From Bacteroidaceae bacterium (GTDB lineage Bacteria; Bacteroidota; Bacteroidia; Bacteroidales; Bacteroidaceae): 50,887 nucleotides of DNA. Positions 9,001 through 19,900 of the stretch are shown here, one piece after another. The stretch lies in contig JAZQPD010000067.1 in the NCBI GenBank assembly GCA_045628285.1, forward strand, positions 1-50,887. Direction: 5' to 3'. The translations under genes and the position numbers were made by a program. How positions within the stretch are numbered: position 1 is the stretch's first letter; each line of letters starts with the position of its first letter. A model generated the notes under the pieces. The model was given only the letters and a program-made list of their open reading frames with translations. It ran no database searches and was not told the origin of the DNA.

Positions 9001-9209
9001 TCAACAACATTACTCTCGGATACACTATTCCACAGACACTTACCCGCACATTTGATGTTGAGTCTATCCGTCTGTTCGCTTCAGCTGACAATGTTGCAAT
9101 TCTTTCAGCACGCAAGGGACTTGACCCACGCATGAGCGTTACCAGTGTAACAACATCTGTTTATACAGCACTGCGTTCTATTTCATTCGGTGTAAAAGTT
9201 GCGTTTTAA
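6006..9209 (+). CDS. SusC/RagA-family TonB-dependent outer-membrane transporter
   Basis: 1067 aa. Signal peptide, carboxypeptidase-regulatory-like N domain (VTGKVIEAATGEPVIGASVKVEGT), plug (VVAYGTATKETFTGAA), long beta-barrel and a C-terminal aromatic residue (..GVKVAF). No STN domain. Followed 20 nt later by SusD. Confidence 0.9.
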   Translation: MGKKLWLFIACTLLSASMAFAQKTVTGKVIEAATGEPVIGASVKVEGTSVGQATDLNGQFTIQNVPSSAKNLVVSYVGLKTKVVPIKNNQNIFMETLSQALDQVFVVAYGTATKETFTGAASHIEAEAIQDRQISNITNALAGNVAGVTSYKSNGQPGTGSSIYIRGFGSLNAGMSPLYVVNGVPYDGDISAINPQDIEQISVQKDAAATALYGSRAANGVILVTTKKGVKNQAAKITFDASLGSNSREIKNYDVISNPAEFMETLYKAEFNDARYTLGYTAPYANAYANGKFTSALGYPVYTTPAGESLIGLDGRINPNATLGYNDGTNYYLADDWADEMIKNGFRQEYNIGISGGTDNMNYYVSAGYLNDDGVIKHSSFERITTRADIDYQLKKWLKIGTNLAYTNSISNYPDDQLETTSSVNTFYIANNIAPIYPLYVRNADGTIAQSHGQPVYDYGDGKYTPYTRNWMSISNPLGDLVNRNEAYKMDIFNAQWYATVTPLQGLDITARLGLHIDNTRYDYASSPYFGQAASYGGEAMQEHIRDYSLTQQYLANYKHQFAELHSVAILAGYESTETNEEWSEAYGSNLYKVGDYTVNNAIDERRGYGGYGESAFQKVLAKVNYDYDEKYFGSISWVREGCSYFHPDNRWGSFWSASAAWNLGKEQFLENVGWIDFLKLRASFGQTGNASIGNSYAYLDQYSVTGADGVFSDGTLAYKGNKELTWEKTNAFDIGFDFEFFNGKLSGSIEYFNRTSKDMLYNKPVAPSNGYSSIPMNIGSMRNYGLEIDLTSNLINQSNFFWSVSANATFLKNKVVELAPELKGQLISGDYIYNEGESRYQMYLVKYAGVDKTTGQALYWAKPKVTVTDPETGEETSKYEGEEYTTTDWTTANASNRQSTGDILPTMTGGFGTTLKYHGFDFAIQCSYQLGGKIYDSGYQSLMHGGSTSDIGQTWHKDIAGAWTPENSNTDIPRLCVSDKYTNSKSDRWLISSNYLSLNNITLGYTIPQTLTRTFDVESIRLFASADNVAILSARKGLDPRMSVTSVTTSVYTALRSISFGVKVAF

Positions 9210-9229
9210 TTATTAAATAAGGTAAATAT

Positions 9230-10846
9230 ATGAAATTAATTAATAAATTATCAGTTTTGGCACTCGCAAGCGTTGCTCTTGTAGGGTGTGCCGACTTGGA
9301 TACTGAACCGCTGGGTAGCACGGTAACCGATGACCAGAAAGCTGGCGTCGTAGAAGACAACCCTGAGATGGTTAAGGCAAGCGTAGTAGGTATTACTACT
9401 CAGTTCAGCGTTTACATGAAGACCTACAGCAACCATAATGACTTCGGTTATCCTTCCGTCATGCTGTTCACTGATACACGCGGAATGGATTTGGTTGCAG
9501 AAAACATAGGTTACAACTGGTTCTCCGGCGGTCTGGATTTCACTGACAGACCATTCAATTCATCCTATACAAGAATGATTTGGAGTACTCTATACAACCA
9601 GATTTATGCAGCAAATGCAGTGGCAAAGACCATGAACATCACTCCTGAGACTCTCGCAGAGAAGTCAGATGTCTCAAAGTTCTATGGAGCTCAAGCTCTT
9701 GCCATTCGTGCATTCGACTACTTCAATCTTGCACAGCTCTATCAGTTCACATACGTAGGCAATGAGGAACAGCCATGTGTTCCGCTGATTACCGACGAAA
9801 ATGCTGACGAAGTTGCTTCAAATGGTAGCAAGCGTACTTCTGTAAAGGACGTTTATGCCCAGATTCTCAGCGACCTTAATCTTGCTGACCAGTGCCTCAA
9901 GGACAATCCTGTCAAGCGCGAGGACAAGCGCTATGTCAATCGTGCTGCCGTTCTCGGCCTCCGTGCTCGCGTAGAACTCGTAATGAACAACTGGGAAGCT
10001 GCAAAGAACGATGCACAGGAAGCACTGACAGAATGTGCCAAGGAAGGTATTGCAATTGCTGGCATCGAAGATGTAAACCATCCTACATTCAAGGACTCAA
10101 ATGAGAAGAACTGGATTTGGGCTATCGTAATTGCAGAAAGCGACCGTGTCGTTACTTCAGGTATCGTAAACTGGCCAAGCCACATGGGTTCTCTCAACTA
10201 CGGCTATGCATCAGTAGGTGCTTGGCGTATGATCAATCAGAAACTCTATAATTCCATGAATCCTTCCGACGTTCGTAAGGGATGGTTCCTTGACGGCAAC
10301 TGCCAGTCAGCCAACCTGAGCGCAGAACAGCAGGCATACATAACCAGTGCAGGCTGCACACCTTACACTCAGGTGAAGTTTGCTCCATATAAGGATGAAA
10401 TATACACTTCAACAAATGCAAACGACATTCCGCTGATGCGTATTGAGGAACTTTACCTCATCAAGGCAGAGGCAGAGGCAATGGCAGGCAACCCTGCTCA
10501 GGGTGTTGCAACCCTGAAGGCTTACATGTCATACCGTGACCCTAGTTACGCTTTCGAGGCTAAGGAAGGCGGCTATACTGCCAATGGCGTTCAGAACGAA
10601 GTATGGAACCAGCGCCGTATCGAACTTTGGGGCGAAGGTCTGTCATGGTTCGACATCATGCGCCTGAAGAAGGGTGTTGACCGCCGTGGAGCAGGATTCG
10701 AGCCAAACCTTGTGTTTAATCTCGCAGCAAACGACGCAAACCTCATCTTCCAGATACCAAAGGCAGAAATCGAAGGAAACCCTGCCTTGACAGATGCAGA
10801 CAATAATCCAGCTGCAACAACTCCAGTTCCAGTTCCTGAAAATTAA
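9230..10846 (+). CDS. SusD/RagB-family outer-membrane lipoprotein
   Basis: 538 aa. Lipoprotein signal (LALASVALVGC|AD), size and TPR-like helical composition fit the family, and it sits directly after SusC. Confidence 0.85.
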   Translation: MKLINKLSVLALASVALVGCADLDTEPLGSTVTDDQKAGVVEDNPEMVKASVVGITTQFSVYMKTYSNHNDFGYPSVMLFTDTRGMDLVAENIGYNWFSGGLDFTDRPFNSSYTRMIWSTLYNQIYAANAVAKTMNITPETLAEKSDVSKFYGAQALAIRAFDYFNLAQLYQFTYVGNEEQPCVPLITDENADEVASNGSKRTSVKDVYAQILSDLNLADQCLKDNPVKREDKRYVNRAAVLGLRARVELVMNNWEAAKNDAQEALTECAKEGIAIAGIEDVNHPTFKDSNEKNWIWAIVIAESDRVVTSGIVNWPSHMGSLNYGYASVGAWRMINQKLYNSMNPSDVRKGWFLDGNCQSANLSAEQQAYITSAGCTPYTQVKFAPYKDEIYTSTNANDIPLMRIEELYLIKAEAEAMAGNPAQGVATLKAYMSYRDPSYAFEAKEGGYTANGVQNEVWNQRRIELWGEGLSWFDIMRLKKGVDRRGAGFEPNLVFNLAANDANLIFQIPKAEIEGNPALTDADNNPAATTPVPVPEN

Positions 10847-10871
10847 TCAGTAATTTCAAAAAAGAATTAAT

Positions 10872-12647
10872 ATGAAAAATTATAAATCATTAATTATAGC
10901 AGGTATTGCAGTAGTTGGCATCGCTTTTGCTTCCTGTAGCAAGGATGGCTATTGGGATGCTGCAAGTCAGGATGGCGAAACAAGCTATGCATTCAATGCT
11001 GTCAATACTACAATCTCCTATGGTCCGGAAGAGGCTGTAGAAGATGTAGCAATTACTATCACACGTAGTAACCCAACTGGCGATTTTACCTTGCCAGTTA
11101 ATGCACAGTTCAACTCAGATCTCCTCACATGTCCGGAATCAGTAGAATTCAAGGATGGCGAGGCAACAGCTGACTATATTATTGTACCAAAGGCAGACAA
11201 GTTCGGAATAGGTACAAGCGCAACGGCAATACTTACACTCGACTCCATCTATCACTCTGAATTTGGCAGCAACAAAATTACTGTCAAGATAAGTAAGATT
11301 TACAACTGGCACAATGTTGGTACATGTACTTATACCGACGACTTCATGACTACATTCTATAGTGTTGACAACGAACCATATGGTGTTATGCTTCAGGAAT
11401 GTGATCAGGTTCCAGGTTACTACCGTCTTGTAAATGCCTATGGAAAGGCATTTCCATACAATGAAGACGGCGACTGGGACGCTTCCAAGGACTGGTATAT
11501 GGAAGTCCATGCTGAAAACCCTGATAAGGTTTGGATACCTCTTACCGATTCCGGTATGGACTGGGGATACGGCAATGTCAACATGACAAGCTACATTGGT
11601 TATCTTGTTGCGAATGGCAAAGACATCAATGACCTTATGTCGTCGCCAGACTATGCTTCAAAGTTTGGTGTTCTTGAAAAGGTTGACGGAACACCTTACA
11701 GAATCACATTCCCATACGAGCAGTCATTGCTTATAAATATGCCAGGATATTCAGCCAGTTGGTATTATGCAAATAGTAACGGTGCGTTCGAAATATTGTT
11801 CCCTGGATTTACAAAGGCAGACTATTCTCTCACTGTAAGTTACGACGGAAGGATGTATAATCCAAAGGATGAAATGAGTATCCTGTCGACAATTACACTC
11901 GGTGCAGATGTTGCTTCTGCCGGAGTCCTGATTTGTCCGGAAGGTGCTGAAAACGAATGTGTACAGACTATTCTTGCAGGAGGTGAGGAAGTCACTACAG
12001 TCTCAGCATCAGGTCAGGTAGCCCTTGCCATGCCTTATGAAGAATCCGGCAAGTATAGCATCGTAGCCGTTGGATTCGATGCCGAAGGCGAAGCACAGGT
12101 TGCAGGCAATGCCGTATTCAAATATACCAATTCCGCAGAACCTGCCGAAACATTCACTCCAGTTTATGTAGGTACATACACCTATAGCCAGTTTTGGGAA
12201 GGCGAGGACGAAGGTCTGGTTCTTTCAATGTCCGACGATACTCCAGGCAAGTACCGTATCTCAAATGTATTCTATGGAGTTGACTTCGATTTCATCTTGA
12301 ATGGTGATGGAACCATTTCATTCGAGGAACAGTCAACAGGCTATGTACATGCAAGCTATGGAGAAGTATTTGTACGCGATATGTATCAGGTAGCACCAAC
12401 CGACTTTGATCCAAGTTTCTTTAACAATGGTACATTCAACTTCTCAATAGGCTATGCAGTATCTGCCGGCTATTTCGGCTACGGAGTTGAGACATTCACC
12501 CTCACAGGCGAGTATGCATCTGGCGTGAAGGATACAAGAAGTTATCTTGCATCACCTTGGAAGAACACTCCAAAGTGCTCTGCCAAGAATCTTCCAGCTC
12601 ATATCATGAAGAATGCCAAAAGCATCAAGCCCGCATTGATTAAGTAA
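10872..12647 (+). CDS. Surface lipoprotein of unknown function (SusE/F-position protein)
   Basis: 591 aa. Lipobox (GIAFASC|SKDG). Third gene of the SusC/D operon, followed by a strong terminator. No family recognised. Confidence 0.6.
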   Translation: MKNYKSLIIAGIAVVGIAFASCSKDGYWDAASQDGETSYAFNAVNTTISYGPEEAVEDVAITITRSNPTGDFTLPVNAQFNSDLLTCPESVEFKDGEATADYIIVPKADKFGIGTSATAILTLDSIYHSEFGSNKITVKISKIYNWHNVGTCTYTDDFMTTFYSVDNEPYGVMLQECDQVPGYYRLVNAYGKAFPYNEDGDWDASKDWYMEVHAENPDKVWIPLTDSGMDWGYGNVNMTSYIGYLVANGKDINDLMSSPDYASKFGVLEKVDGTPYRITFPYEQSLLINMPGYSASWYYANSNGAFEILFPGFTKADYSLTVSYDGRMYNPKDEMSILSTITLGADVASAGVLICPEGAENECVQTILAGGEEVTTVSASGQVALAMPYEESGKYSIVAVGFDAEGEAQVAGNAVFKYTNSAEPAETFTPVYVGTYTYSQFWEGEDEGLVLSMSDDTPGKYRISNVFYGVDFDFILNGDGTISFEEQSTGYVHASYGEVFVRDMYQVAPTDFDPSFFNNGTFNFSIGYAVSAGYFGYGVETFTLTGEYASGVKDTRSYLASPWKNTPKCSAKNLPAHIMKNAKSIKPALIK

Positions 12648-12667
12648 TTCAATACAATTATATTTGG

Positions 12668-12703
12668 AAAGAGAGTGCATCTGTATGATACACTCTCTTT
12701 TTT
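12668..12703 (+). terminator. Rho-independent terminator after the SusC/SusD/lipoprotein operon
   Basis: Perfect 10-bp stem aaagagagtg / cactctcttt with a 13-nt loop, running into a T tract (12698-12703). Confidence 0.7.
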
Positions 12704-12737
12704 ATATATTATGTTTTGTCAAATGAAAAAATTGCAC

Positions 12738-12745
12738 TATCTTTG
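12738..12745 (+). promoter_or_regulatory. Putative -7 box (TATCTTTG) for the C10 protease gene
   Basis: Lies 36 nt upstream of ATG 12781, just after the terminator at 12668..12703. Confidence 0.5.
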
Positions 12746-12780
12746 CACTAATAATTGAAATTCTAAATTATTATATCAAT

Positions 12781-15159
12781 ATGAGAAAATTATTGTTGTT
12801 GTTTGCCTGCATTATGGCAACGGGACTTCAGGCAAAGGTAATTACAGTCAACGAAGCAAAACTTAAGATCAGGCATCTTGCACCGGCTGTTGAGCTGGCA
12901 TATACTGCCGAGACTAGGAAATCTGCGGATTTATATATATTCAACAAGACAGACCGGCACGGCTTTGTAGTAGTTGCTGCCGACGATGTTGTCGGAGACT
13001 GCATCTTGGGCTTCTCCGATGAGAAGAATTTCGACAGGAATAATATCCCTGACAATCTGAGGTGGTGGCTCGATGAATACCAGAAGCAGATTTCATGGGC
13101 AAGAGAGAACAACATCAACATGACATCATCCAGAAAGGGTGACTATTCAGACGAGGAGGTCATAGTTCCTCCGCTGCTGGGCAATACCCTATGGGCCCAA
13201 GGGGAACCATTCAACACTTTATGCCCCGTTGGTGTTCCGTCAGGTTGTGTCGCTACAGCGATGGCACAGATTATGTATTATCACAAGTGGCCTCTGAAGG
13301 GTCAGGGACAACATACCAATAAGAACTATAGGGCTCAGACGGTTGATTTCTCCCAGTCAGTGTATGACTGGGGAAACATGCTGGACTCCTATCTTGGCAC
13401 ATACACTGAAGTTCAGGCCAATGCAGTTGCAGTGCTGATGCGCGACTGTGGATGTGCGGTAGATATGATGTATGCATCCGGCGGGAGTGGTGCCTACGAT
13501 GCGGATGTACCAGGGGCAATGGTTTCCTATTTTGATTACAGCCAGGACATAAAGCTGCATTGGCGAGATGAAGTCGATCTCGTTGGAGTTCAGGGATGGG
13601 ATGATATTATCACATGTGAACTCGATGCACGCCGGCCAGTATATTATAGTGGTCAGGACACAAAAGAAGGTGGCCATGCCTTTGTGTGCGACGGATACGA
13701 GTATTATCTGGGAGCGACCTATTTCCATTTCAATTTCGGTTGGGGTGGTGATGGCAATGGATATTTCAAGTCATCTGCCGTCAAACCAAGAAGCTATAAG
13801 TTCAATACCCGCCAGGCAATCATCACCGGAATTCATGCCAACAACAAGGTGAAGTCAGGCAATTTGTACTACAACTTGCTCAACGACGAAAAGGTGTCAG
13901 TTACTTTCCCTGAAGACCTTTCTGAGTACAGCGGCGACATCGTCATTCCATCGGAAACAAGTATCAACGGCAAGACATACAAAGTCATCAGTATCGGAGC
14001 GTATGCCTTTGCCGAATGTGCAGGAATTACAAGCATTACGATTCCAGAAAGTATCAATAAACTCAGTTCCAACGCTTTCTTTGGACTTCCGGCTCTTCGG
14101 AATGTGTACGTCAGTTGGACTGAAATGAATTATGAGAGATATGATGTTTTTGGTGAAGATGTTTATTCCAATGCAGTCCTCAATGTGCCTGATGGCACTA
14201 TGGACATATATTCATACACTATACCTTGGATGCTGTTTAACACCATAAGCGATGACACAAAGTCTTTGGAATATGCTGACCGGCAACCATTCGAGACAGG
14301 AATAGGCAATTACCACTATAAGGCTAATCCGTTAATCTTTGGTATTGATAAGGGATTGACTGTAAAGAGCCGTGCGATGAAAAACGATGAGAACATACAT
14401 CAGGTTATAGTGGAGAACTGGGGGTTTGGTATGCCATTAGTTATAATGCTGAACAAAGCCGACAATACATGCAGAGTACCTATTCAGTACATCGATTTTT
14501 CTGATTCGAAATTGGGACCTGTATATATTACGGACATACCTTCCTATTATGACGAAGACACCTATGAAGAATATCCATGCACTTATAATCCTGAAACGGG
14601 TACTTTCACACTTAATGTAGCATATATCGTACCGGAATATGTCGACGAGGATGGCAATTCAGGATATTATGTCGGCATCGGAGTAGAACTATTAAAGATG
14701 AATGGTTTCAAGGACTTTACGCTGAATGTCTCAGGCTCAGACGTCAAGGAGCAAGCGGATGGTACAGGATTAGTGACATTCTCAGTATCCTCAGGTTCAG
14801 ATATCCGTTCACACAGATACGCAATATTTGACTATGCAATGGATGATGACGAAGCAAATGCAATAGCGCAGCAGATGGCGAATGGTGAGGTGGAATCAAA
14901 ATCACAGTCATTGTTCCCGCAGTATAAGGTGACACTGCCAGCACCTGGTTCATATACTTTCATCGCCATCGGATTTGATGTCGATAAGGAGTATCAGAAC
15001 TATGCCTATTCAGTTGTTGACTTCGGCGACACGGGTATTGGAGATGTTACTGCATCCCACACCGCCGATACCGTCAACTTCAACCTCCAGGGCCAGCAGG
15101 TCGATGGCGGCTACAAGGGCATCGTCATCCGAAACGGCAGGAAGGTGCTCAGGCGATAA
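12781..15159 (+). CDS. C10-family (streptopain/interpain-like) cysteine peptidase with LRR region and T9SS C-terminal sorting domain
   Basis: 792 aa. Signal peptide and an N-terminal propeptide/inhibitor-like region. Catalytic Cys context GCVATAMAQIMYYHKWP (Cys codon 13246-13248), His context GGHAFVCDGY, and an FNFGWGG block. BspA-type LRR (ISIGAYAFAECAGITSITIPESI). The C-terminus ..NLQGQQVDGGYKGIVIRNGRKVLRR is typical of a T9SS CTD. Confidence 0.85.
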   Translation: MRKLLLLFACIMATGLQAKVITVNEAKLKIRHLAPAVELAYTAETRKSADLYIFNKTDRHGFVVVAADDVVGDCILGFSDEKNFDRNNIPDNLRWWLDEYQKQISWARENNINMTSSRKGDYSDEEVIVPPLLGNTLWAQGEPFNTLCPVGVPSGCVATAMAQIMYYHKWPLKGQGQHTNKNYRAQTVDFSQSVYDWGNMLDSYLGTYTEVQANAVAVLMRDCGCAVDMMYASGGSGAYDADVPGAMVSYFDYSQDIKLHWRDEVDLVGVQGWDDIITCELDARRPVYYSGQDTKEGGHAFVCDGYEYYLGATYFHFNFGWGGDGNGYFKSSAVKPRSYKFNTRQAIITGIHANNKVKSGNLYYNLLNDEKVSVTFPEDLSEYSGDIVIPSETSINGKTYKVISIGAYAFAECAGITSITIPESINKLSSNAFFGLPALRNVYVSWTEMNYERYDVFGEDVYSNAVLNVPDGTMDIYSYTIPWMLFNTISDDTKSLEYADRQPFETGIGNYHYKANPLIFGIDKGLTVKSRAMKNDENIHQVIVENWGFGMPLVIMLNKADNTCRVPIQYIDFSDSKLGPVYITDIPSYYDEDTYEEYPCTYNPETGTFTLNVAYIVPEYVDEDGNSGYYVGIGVELLKMNGFKDFTLNVSGSDVKEQADGTGLVTFSVSSGSDIRSHRYAIFDYAMDDDEANAIAQQMANGEVESKSQSLFPQYKVTLPAPGSYTFIAIGFDVDKEYQNYAYSVVDFGDTGIGDVTASHTADTVNFNLQGQQVDGGYKGIVIRNGRKVLRR

Positions 15160-15177
15160 TGGATTATAAAGACGGCT

Positions 15178-16791
15178 ATGGGCATATACATAAACAAAGG
15201 CAACGAGGGTTTCAGGCAGGCACTCAATGGTGAGTACGTCGACAAAACCGGTATGATAGAAATCATCAACAGGACGCTCAATACAGAGCGCCGTCATACG
15301 TGTGTGACCCGTTGCCGCCGCTTTGGCAAGTCGATGGCGGTGAGGATGCTGTGTGCCTACTATGACAAGTCATGTGACAGCCGTCAGATGTTCGACGGTC
15401 TGGCGGCACAAGGCTGCAGTACATTTGAACAACATCTGAACAAATATCCGGTCATCTATCTCGACATCACCGATTTCATCACACGCTACGGACATAAGGA
15501 AGATATCGTGAAGGACATCCAGCGTAATGTCATGGATGAGCTTGTTGAAGTATATTCGGACGTTCACAGCAAGGAGGACGATGATCTGATGGAGCTGCTC
15601 ATCAGAATACAACAACACACTGGCGAGAAGTTCATCATGCTCATTGACGAGTGGGATGCCATCTGTCGTGAGTTCTCCAGCAGTCCAGCCGTCATGGAAG
15701 AATACGTGAACCTTCTGCGTCGCATGTTCAAGGGGGGAAGTTCCGCAGAAGTCTTTGCAGGTGCATATCTGACTGGCATCTTACCTATAAAAAAATTCAG
15801 GACACAGTCGGCTCTCAATAACTTTGAAGAATATTCGATGGTAAAGCCTGGCAAACTGGCTTCGTTCTTCGGCTTTACACCCAAGGAGGTTGAGGAACTG
15901 GCAGAAGGGGAGGAAGTCAGTGCTGATGAGCTCAGGACATGGTATGATGGGTATCATATAGGTACAGAACCGTCAATCTACAATCCGTTTTCCGTAATAC
16001 GTGCCATTGCCAATGGTGAGTGTGACAGCTACTGGTCATCAACCAGCGCATACGATTCCGTAGTGACTTATATAAAGATGAATTTCGACGGGCTTAAGGA
16101 TGACATTATCAGGATGCTAGCAGGAGGACGTTGCAGGGTAAATACGACTAAGTTCCAGAACGACCTTTCCATTATCAACAGCAAGGACGATGTCCTCACA
16201 GTCCTGATTCATCTTGGCTACCTCTCCTATGACAGGAGTAGGGGTGAATGCTACATACCCAACAAGGAGGTACGCATTGAGATGACCAATGCCGTAGAGG
16301 ATACCGGCTGGAAACATCTCACGGATGCACTTTCTGCATCGGAGAAACTTCTTGAAGACACCCTCGAAGGCAATGAGGAGGCAGTAGCGCGGGGCATCGG
16401 ACTTGCTCATGATGCCAACACAAGCATTCTTTCCTATAACGATGAAAACTCCCTTGCCTGCGTACTCACCATTGCGTACTACCATGCAATGAACGACTAC
16501 ATTATTCATAGGGAACTCGCCACTGGCAAAGGATTCGCCGACCTTGTGTTCATTCCCCGCCGCCATGTGGACAAACCTGCTATGGTCATGGAACTGAAAG
16601 TCAATCACTCTTCTGCTACCGCCATCGACCAGATAAAGCGGAAGAAATACCCTGCCAAGGTCCTGGAGTATTTAAATTCACTCTCCTGCAGTGAGAACCG
16701 AGGTGAGACTTATGCCCTACTCCTCGCAGGCATCAGCTATGACCGCGAGACGAAGACACACTCTTGCAAGATAGAGAAGTTTGTCATATAA
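15178..16791 (+). CDS. AAA-ATPase-like protein with C-terminal PD-(D/E)XK (PDDEXK_9-type) domain
   Basis: 537 aa. N-terminus FRQALNGEYVDKTGMI, P-loop-like RRFGKS, Walker B-like IMLIDEWD. C-terminal nuclease-like block GFADLVFIP...VMELKV. Confidence 0.75.
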   Translation: MGIYINKGNEGFRQALNGEYVDKTGMIEIINRTLNTERRHTCVTRCRRFGKSMAVRMLCAYYDKSCDSRQMFDGLAAQGCSTFEQHLNKYPVIYLDITDFITRYGHKEDIVKDIQRNVMDELVEVYSDVHSKEDDDLMELLIRIQQHTGEKFIMLIDEWDAICREFSSSPAVMEEYVNLLRRMFKGGSSAEVFAGAYLTGILPIKKFRTQSALNNFEEYSMVKPGKLASFFGFTPKEVEELAEGEEVSADELRTWYDGYHIGTEPSIYNPFSVIRAIANGECDSYWSSTSAYDSVVTYIKMNFDGLKDDIIRMLAGGRCRVNTTKFQNDLSIINSKDDVLTVLIHLGYLSYDRSRGECYIPNKEVRIEMTNAVEDTGWKHLTDALSASEKLLEDTLEGNEEAVARGIGLAHDANTSILSYNDENSLACVLTIAYYHAMNDYIIHRELATGKGFADLVFIPRRHVDKPAMVMELKVNHSSATAIDQIKRKKYPAKVLEYLNSLSCSENRGETYALLLAGISYDRETKTHSCKIEKFVI

Positions 16792-16796
16792 ACTGG

Positions 16797-16837
16797 AAAA
16801 AGCAGTCAAGATTGGCTGCTTTTCCCAATTTTTTTGT
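16797..16837 (+). terminator. Possible terminator after the AAA-ATPase gene
   Basis: 8-bp stem aaaagcag / ctgctttt, with an alternative attgg / ccaat stem, followed by tttttttg. Confidence 0.45.
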
Positions 16838-16856
16838 GGATGTGAAAAATATTTTA

Positions 16857-16864
16857 TATCTTTG
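16857..16864 (+). promoter_or_regulatory. Putative -7 box (TATCTTTG) for the LamG/T9SS cargo gene
   Basis: Lies 45 nt upstream of ATG 16909. Confidence 0.45.
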
Positions 16865-16908
16865 CGGAAACTAATTATACACTTTATTAATATTTAATAT
16901 TCAAGCTT

Positions 16909-19900
16909 ATGAAAAAACTCCTTACTCTCATTGCGGCTATGGGTATGACCGTAGCCATGAGTGCTCAGGACCTGCCGAAGGCTGTCTTCATGCTCGACTT
17001 TGAGGGCGTGACAAGTGCGGAGGCTATCGGAGCGGAACAGGTTGGCGACGGAGAATTCCGTGTCAGTGAGAATGCCAACTTCGGTACTTACTATCAGAAC
17101 AAGCCAAACGGCACAGAGAAGACCTCCCACGTCAACTACCTCATCGTGCCTTCACAGGGCTTCATCAATGCTCAGGCACAAAATGCCCAGCAGGTATCCA
17201 TCTGTCTGTGGGTGAACGGTACGGTTGCAAACGCCATCGGTGTCGACCATTACTATTCAACACTGATTGCAGCCTACAACTCAGGCAGCAGCTACAAGAC
17301 GTTTTCATGGCCTATGTTCAGTGCCCGTGCCAGAGGTACGTTGCAGATCAACTGTAATGGCTGGAGCGACTTCGTGGCAACTGAGAGTGCTACCGGCACC
17401 GTAGTTGAAAACAACGACTGGATTAAGAACAACGTCGGCGAGAACTTCGACGACAACTGGCACTTCGTTGCCATCGTCATCGACGGTCAGAACTACAAGT
17501 ACTACATCGACAATGTCATCGTAAACGAATGGAACACCAATAGTACGGACGGTAGTCTCAACTATCAGTTCACAACAGTGATGAACCAGCTCGACCAGAT
17601 TTATCTCGGCGACTGCGGTCCGTTCTGGCAGGACGAGGATCCAGCCTACGCCTACGACGACATTGCCATCTATCCTGCAGCACTCTCCACTGACGACATC
17701 CAGCTCATCATGGACGTGAAGCAGGGCAAGCTTACACCAGAGGTACTCCTTGCCGTTGCAAAGAACAAGTATCAGGTGGCATTCGACGACCTCACAGCCT
17801 ATGCAGGACAGATAGGAGAGGATGGCTACACTACATTCGGTCAGGCTCTTGACGACTATGCAATGGAATATACTGTTGAGGAAGAAACCGTTGAGGCTTA
17901 CAACAAGGGCGCAAACGATATGACTGCAAAACTTGCTGAGGCACAGGCTGTCGTAAAGCAGTGTGAGGCATTCAAGGCAGAATGCGCTGCGATCGAGGCA
18001 TTTGCCAATGCTACCCAGTACCCAGGCTACGAGGCTTTCATAAGTGCCCTGAATGTTGCAATTCCTGACTATTCAGCCCTCACATCCGCAGAACCTGTTG
18101 CTGAAGGCAAGACAAAGCTTGCAGAGGCTAAGACTGCATACCTCTTCTCCCAGGAACTTCCTGCCGACGGCTCAGGTATAGTAGTTACAAAGATGATTCA
18201 GCATCCTTGGTTCGTGGACGAGGCAATGGAACCGACTCTTGACGAGAACGGTCTGGCAACATATCCTACCGACAATCCTGGTGCTCACCTCAATGGTGGC
18301 GGATGGGAGAATACAAGCACTGTTCCCGGATCAGACTGCACTATGTACTACACTCAGGGACGTACCACATGGAACAACTTCCACTCATCCACACTTGTAG
18401 GCGGAATCCTTGACATCCATCAGACAATCGGAAGCCTCAAGCCTGGTTACTATACGGTAAGTGCCGACATGGTAAGCAGTTCCGGTGCTACTGACAATCA
18501 TGTATATGCTCAGACAGCCAATGCCTTACGGGTTTCTCCTGTTTTCTCTGGCAATGGTTGGGATGCCGTAGAGACGGGTGTCGGCAAGTGGGAGACACTC
18601 ACATCCGACAAGATATTCGTTGGAGATGACGGTGAGCTGTTCATCGGTGCTGCATCTACAACCAACGGAGTAGCGTATGCAGGCTGGTACTGCGTCACCA
18701 ATTTCGTACTTAAATACTACGGAACAGACGTTGACCTGAATACGGAACTTGCAGCCAAGATTGAACAGGCAAACAGCACTATTGCCGACATGCAGCTCGG
18801 AGGCGACATAGCCAAGGCAAATGAACAGCTGAAGGCAGTCCTCGAAAGCAATATGACCGACTATGACAAGATTTCGCAGATTTCTTCCTACATAACCGAC
18901 GAATGGAACAAGTGGATTGCAGCGGAGACAAGCTTCACTTCGCTCGACGATTTCACGATGTTTGCCGAGGCTGAGGAAGACGCTGAACTCCAGGAAATAG
19001 AACTTGCAGTAATCAAGAGTCTGAATGCAACCTTCTCTACAATAACTTACGACCAGCTTCCTGAAATTACCAACACATACAAGGAATTCGTAATCTATTC
19101 CTCCATCGTGAAAAATGCCAGAGCATGGGGCAAGACTGAAAAACTCAGTGAACAGTTTGCTGCACTGAAGGGCAACTTCACTCTGGCAGACTTGCAGGGC
19201 TACGACGACGAACTCATCAGTCTCATGAAGGCTGACATCGCATCAAAGGGTGCCTCCAAGGAAAATCCAGTCGACATCTCATTCCTCATCAAGAATGCTT
19301 CGTTCCGCACAAACGACGGCTATATGTGGGAAGGCGATGCTCCTGCAGTATCATTCAACGAGGCTGAGTTCTTCAACAAGAACTTCAATATCCATCAGAC
19401 ATTTGCCGACATGCCTAAGGGTCAGTACCGCCTTGTTGCAAAGGGATTCTACCGTGACGGAGCAAACGATGTGGCACTGCCTAACTATCCTGCAAACACA
19501 GTCTACAATGCAAAACTCTACATCAACGATGCAGTAGGCAACCTCCGCGCATGGGCTTCCGACTCTCTCGCAGTAGAAGACGGCGGCAACCCTTACAGCG
19601 ATGACGACTACACTGAGTCATTCATGGCATACTACCCTAACTCAATGGCTACCGGAGCACAGTACTTTGCAGACGGCCATTATGCAGGCAACTTTGTGGA
19701 ATACACAATGGATGAAAACGGCGACATCACCCTCGGACTCAAGAAGGAGGCAACCATTACAAACGACTGGACACTCTTCACCGACTTCGAACTCTACTAT
19801 CTTGGCGGAGCAGATCCTTCACAAACCGACGACTATCTCGTCACTTGCGGTGAGGAAGGCAATGTAAGCTATGGCTTCTGGCAGGAATTCTCCGACTACT

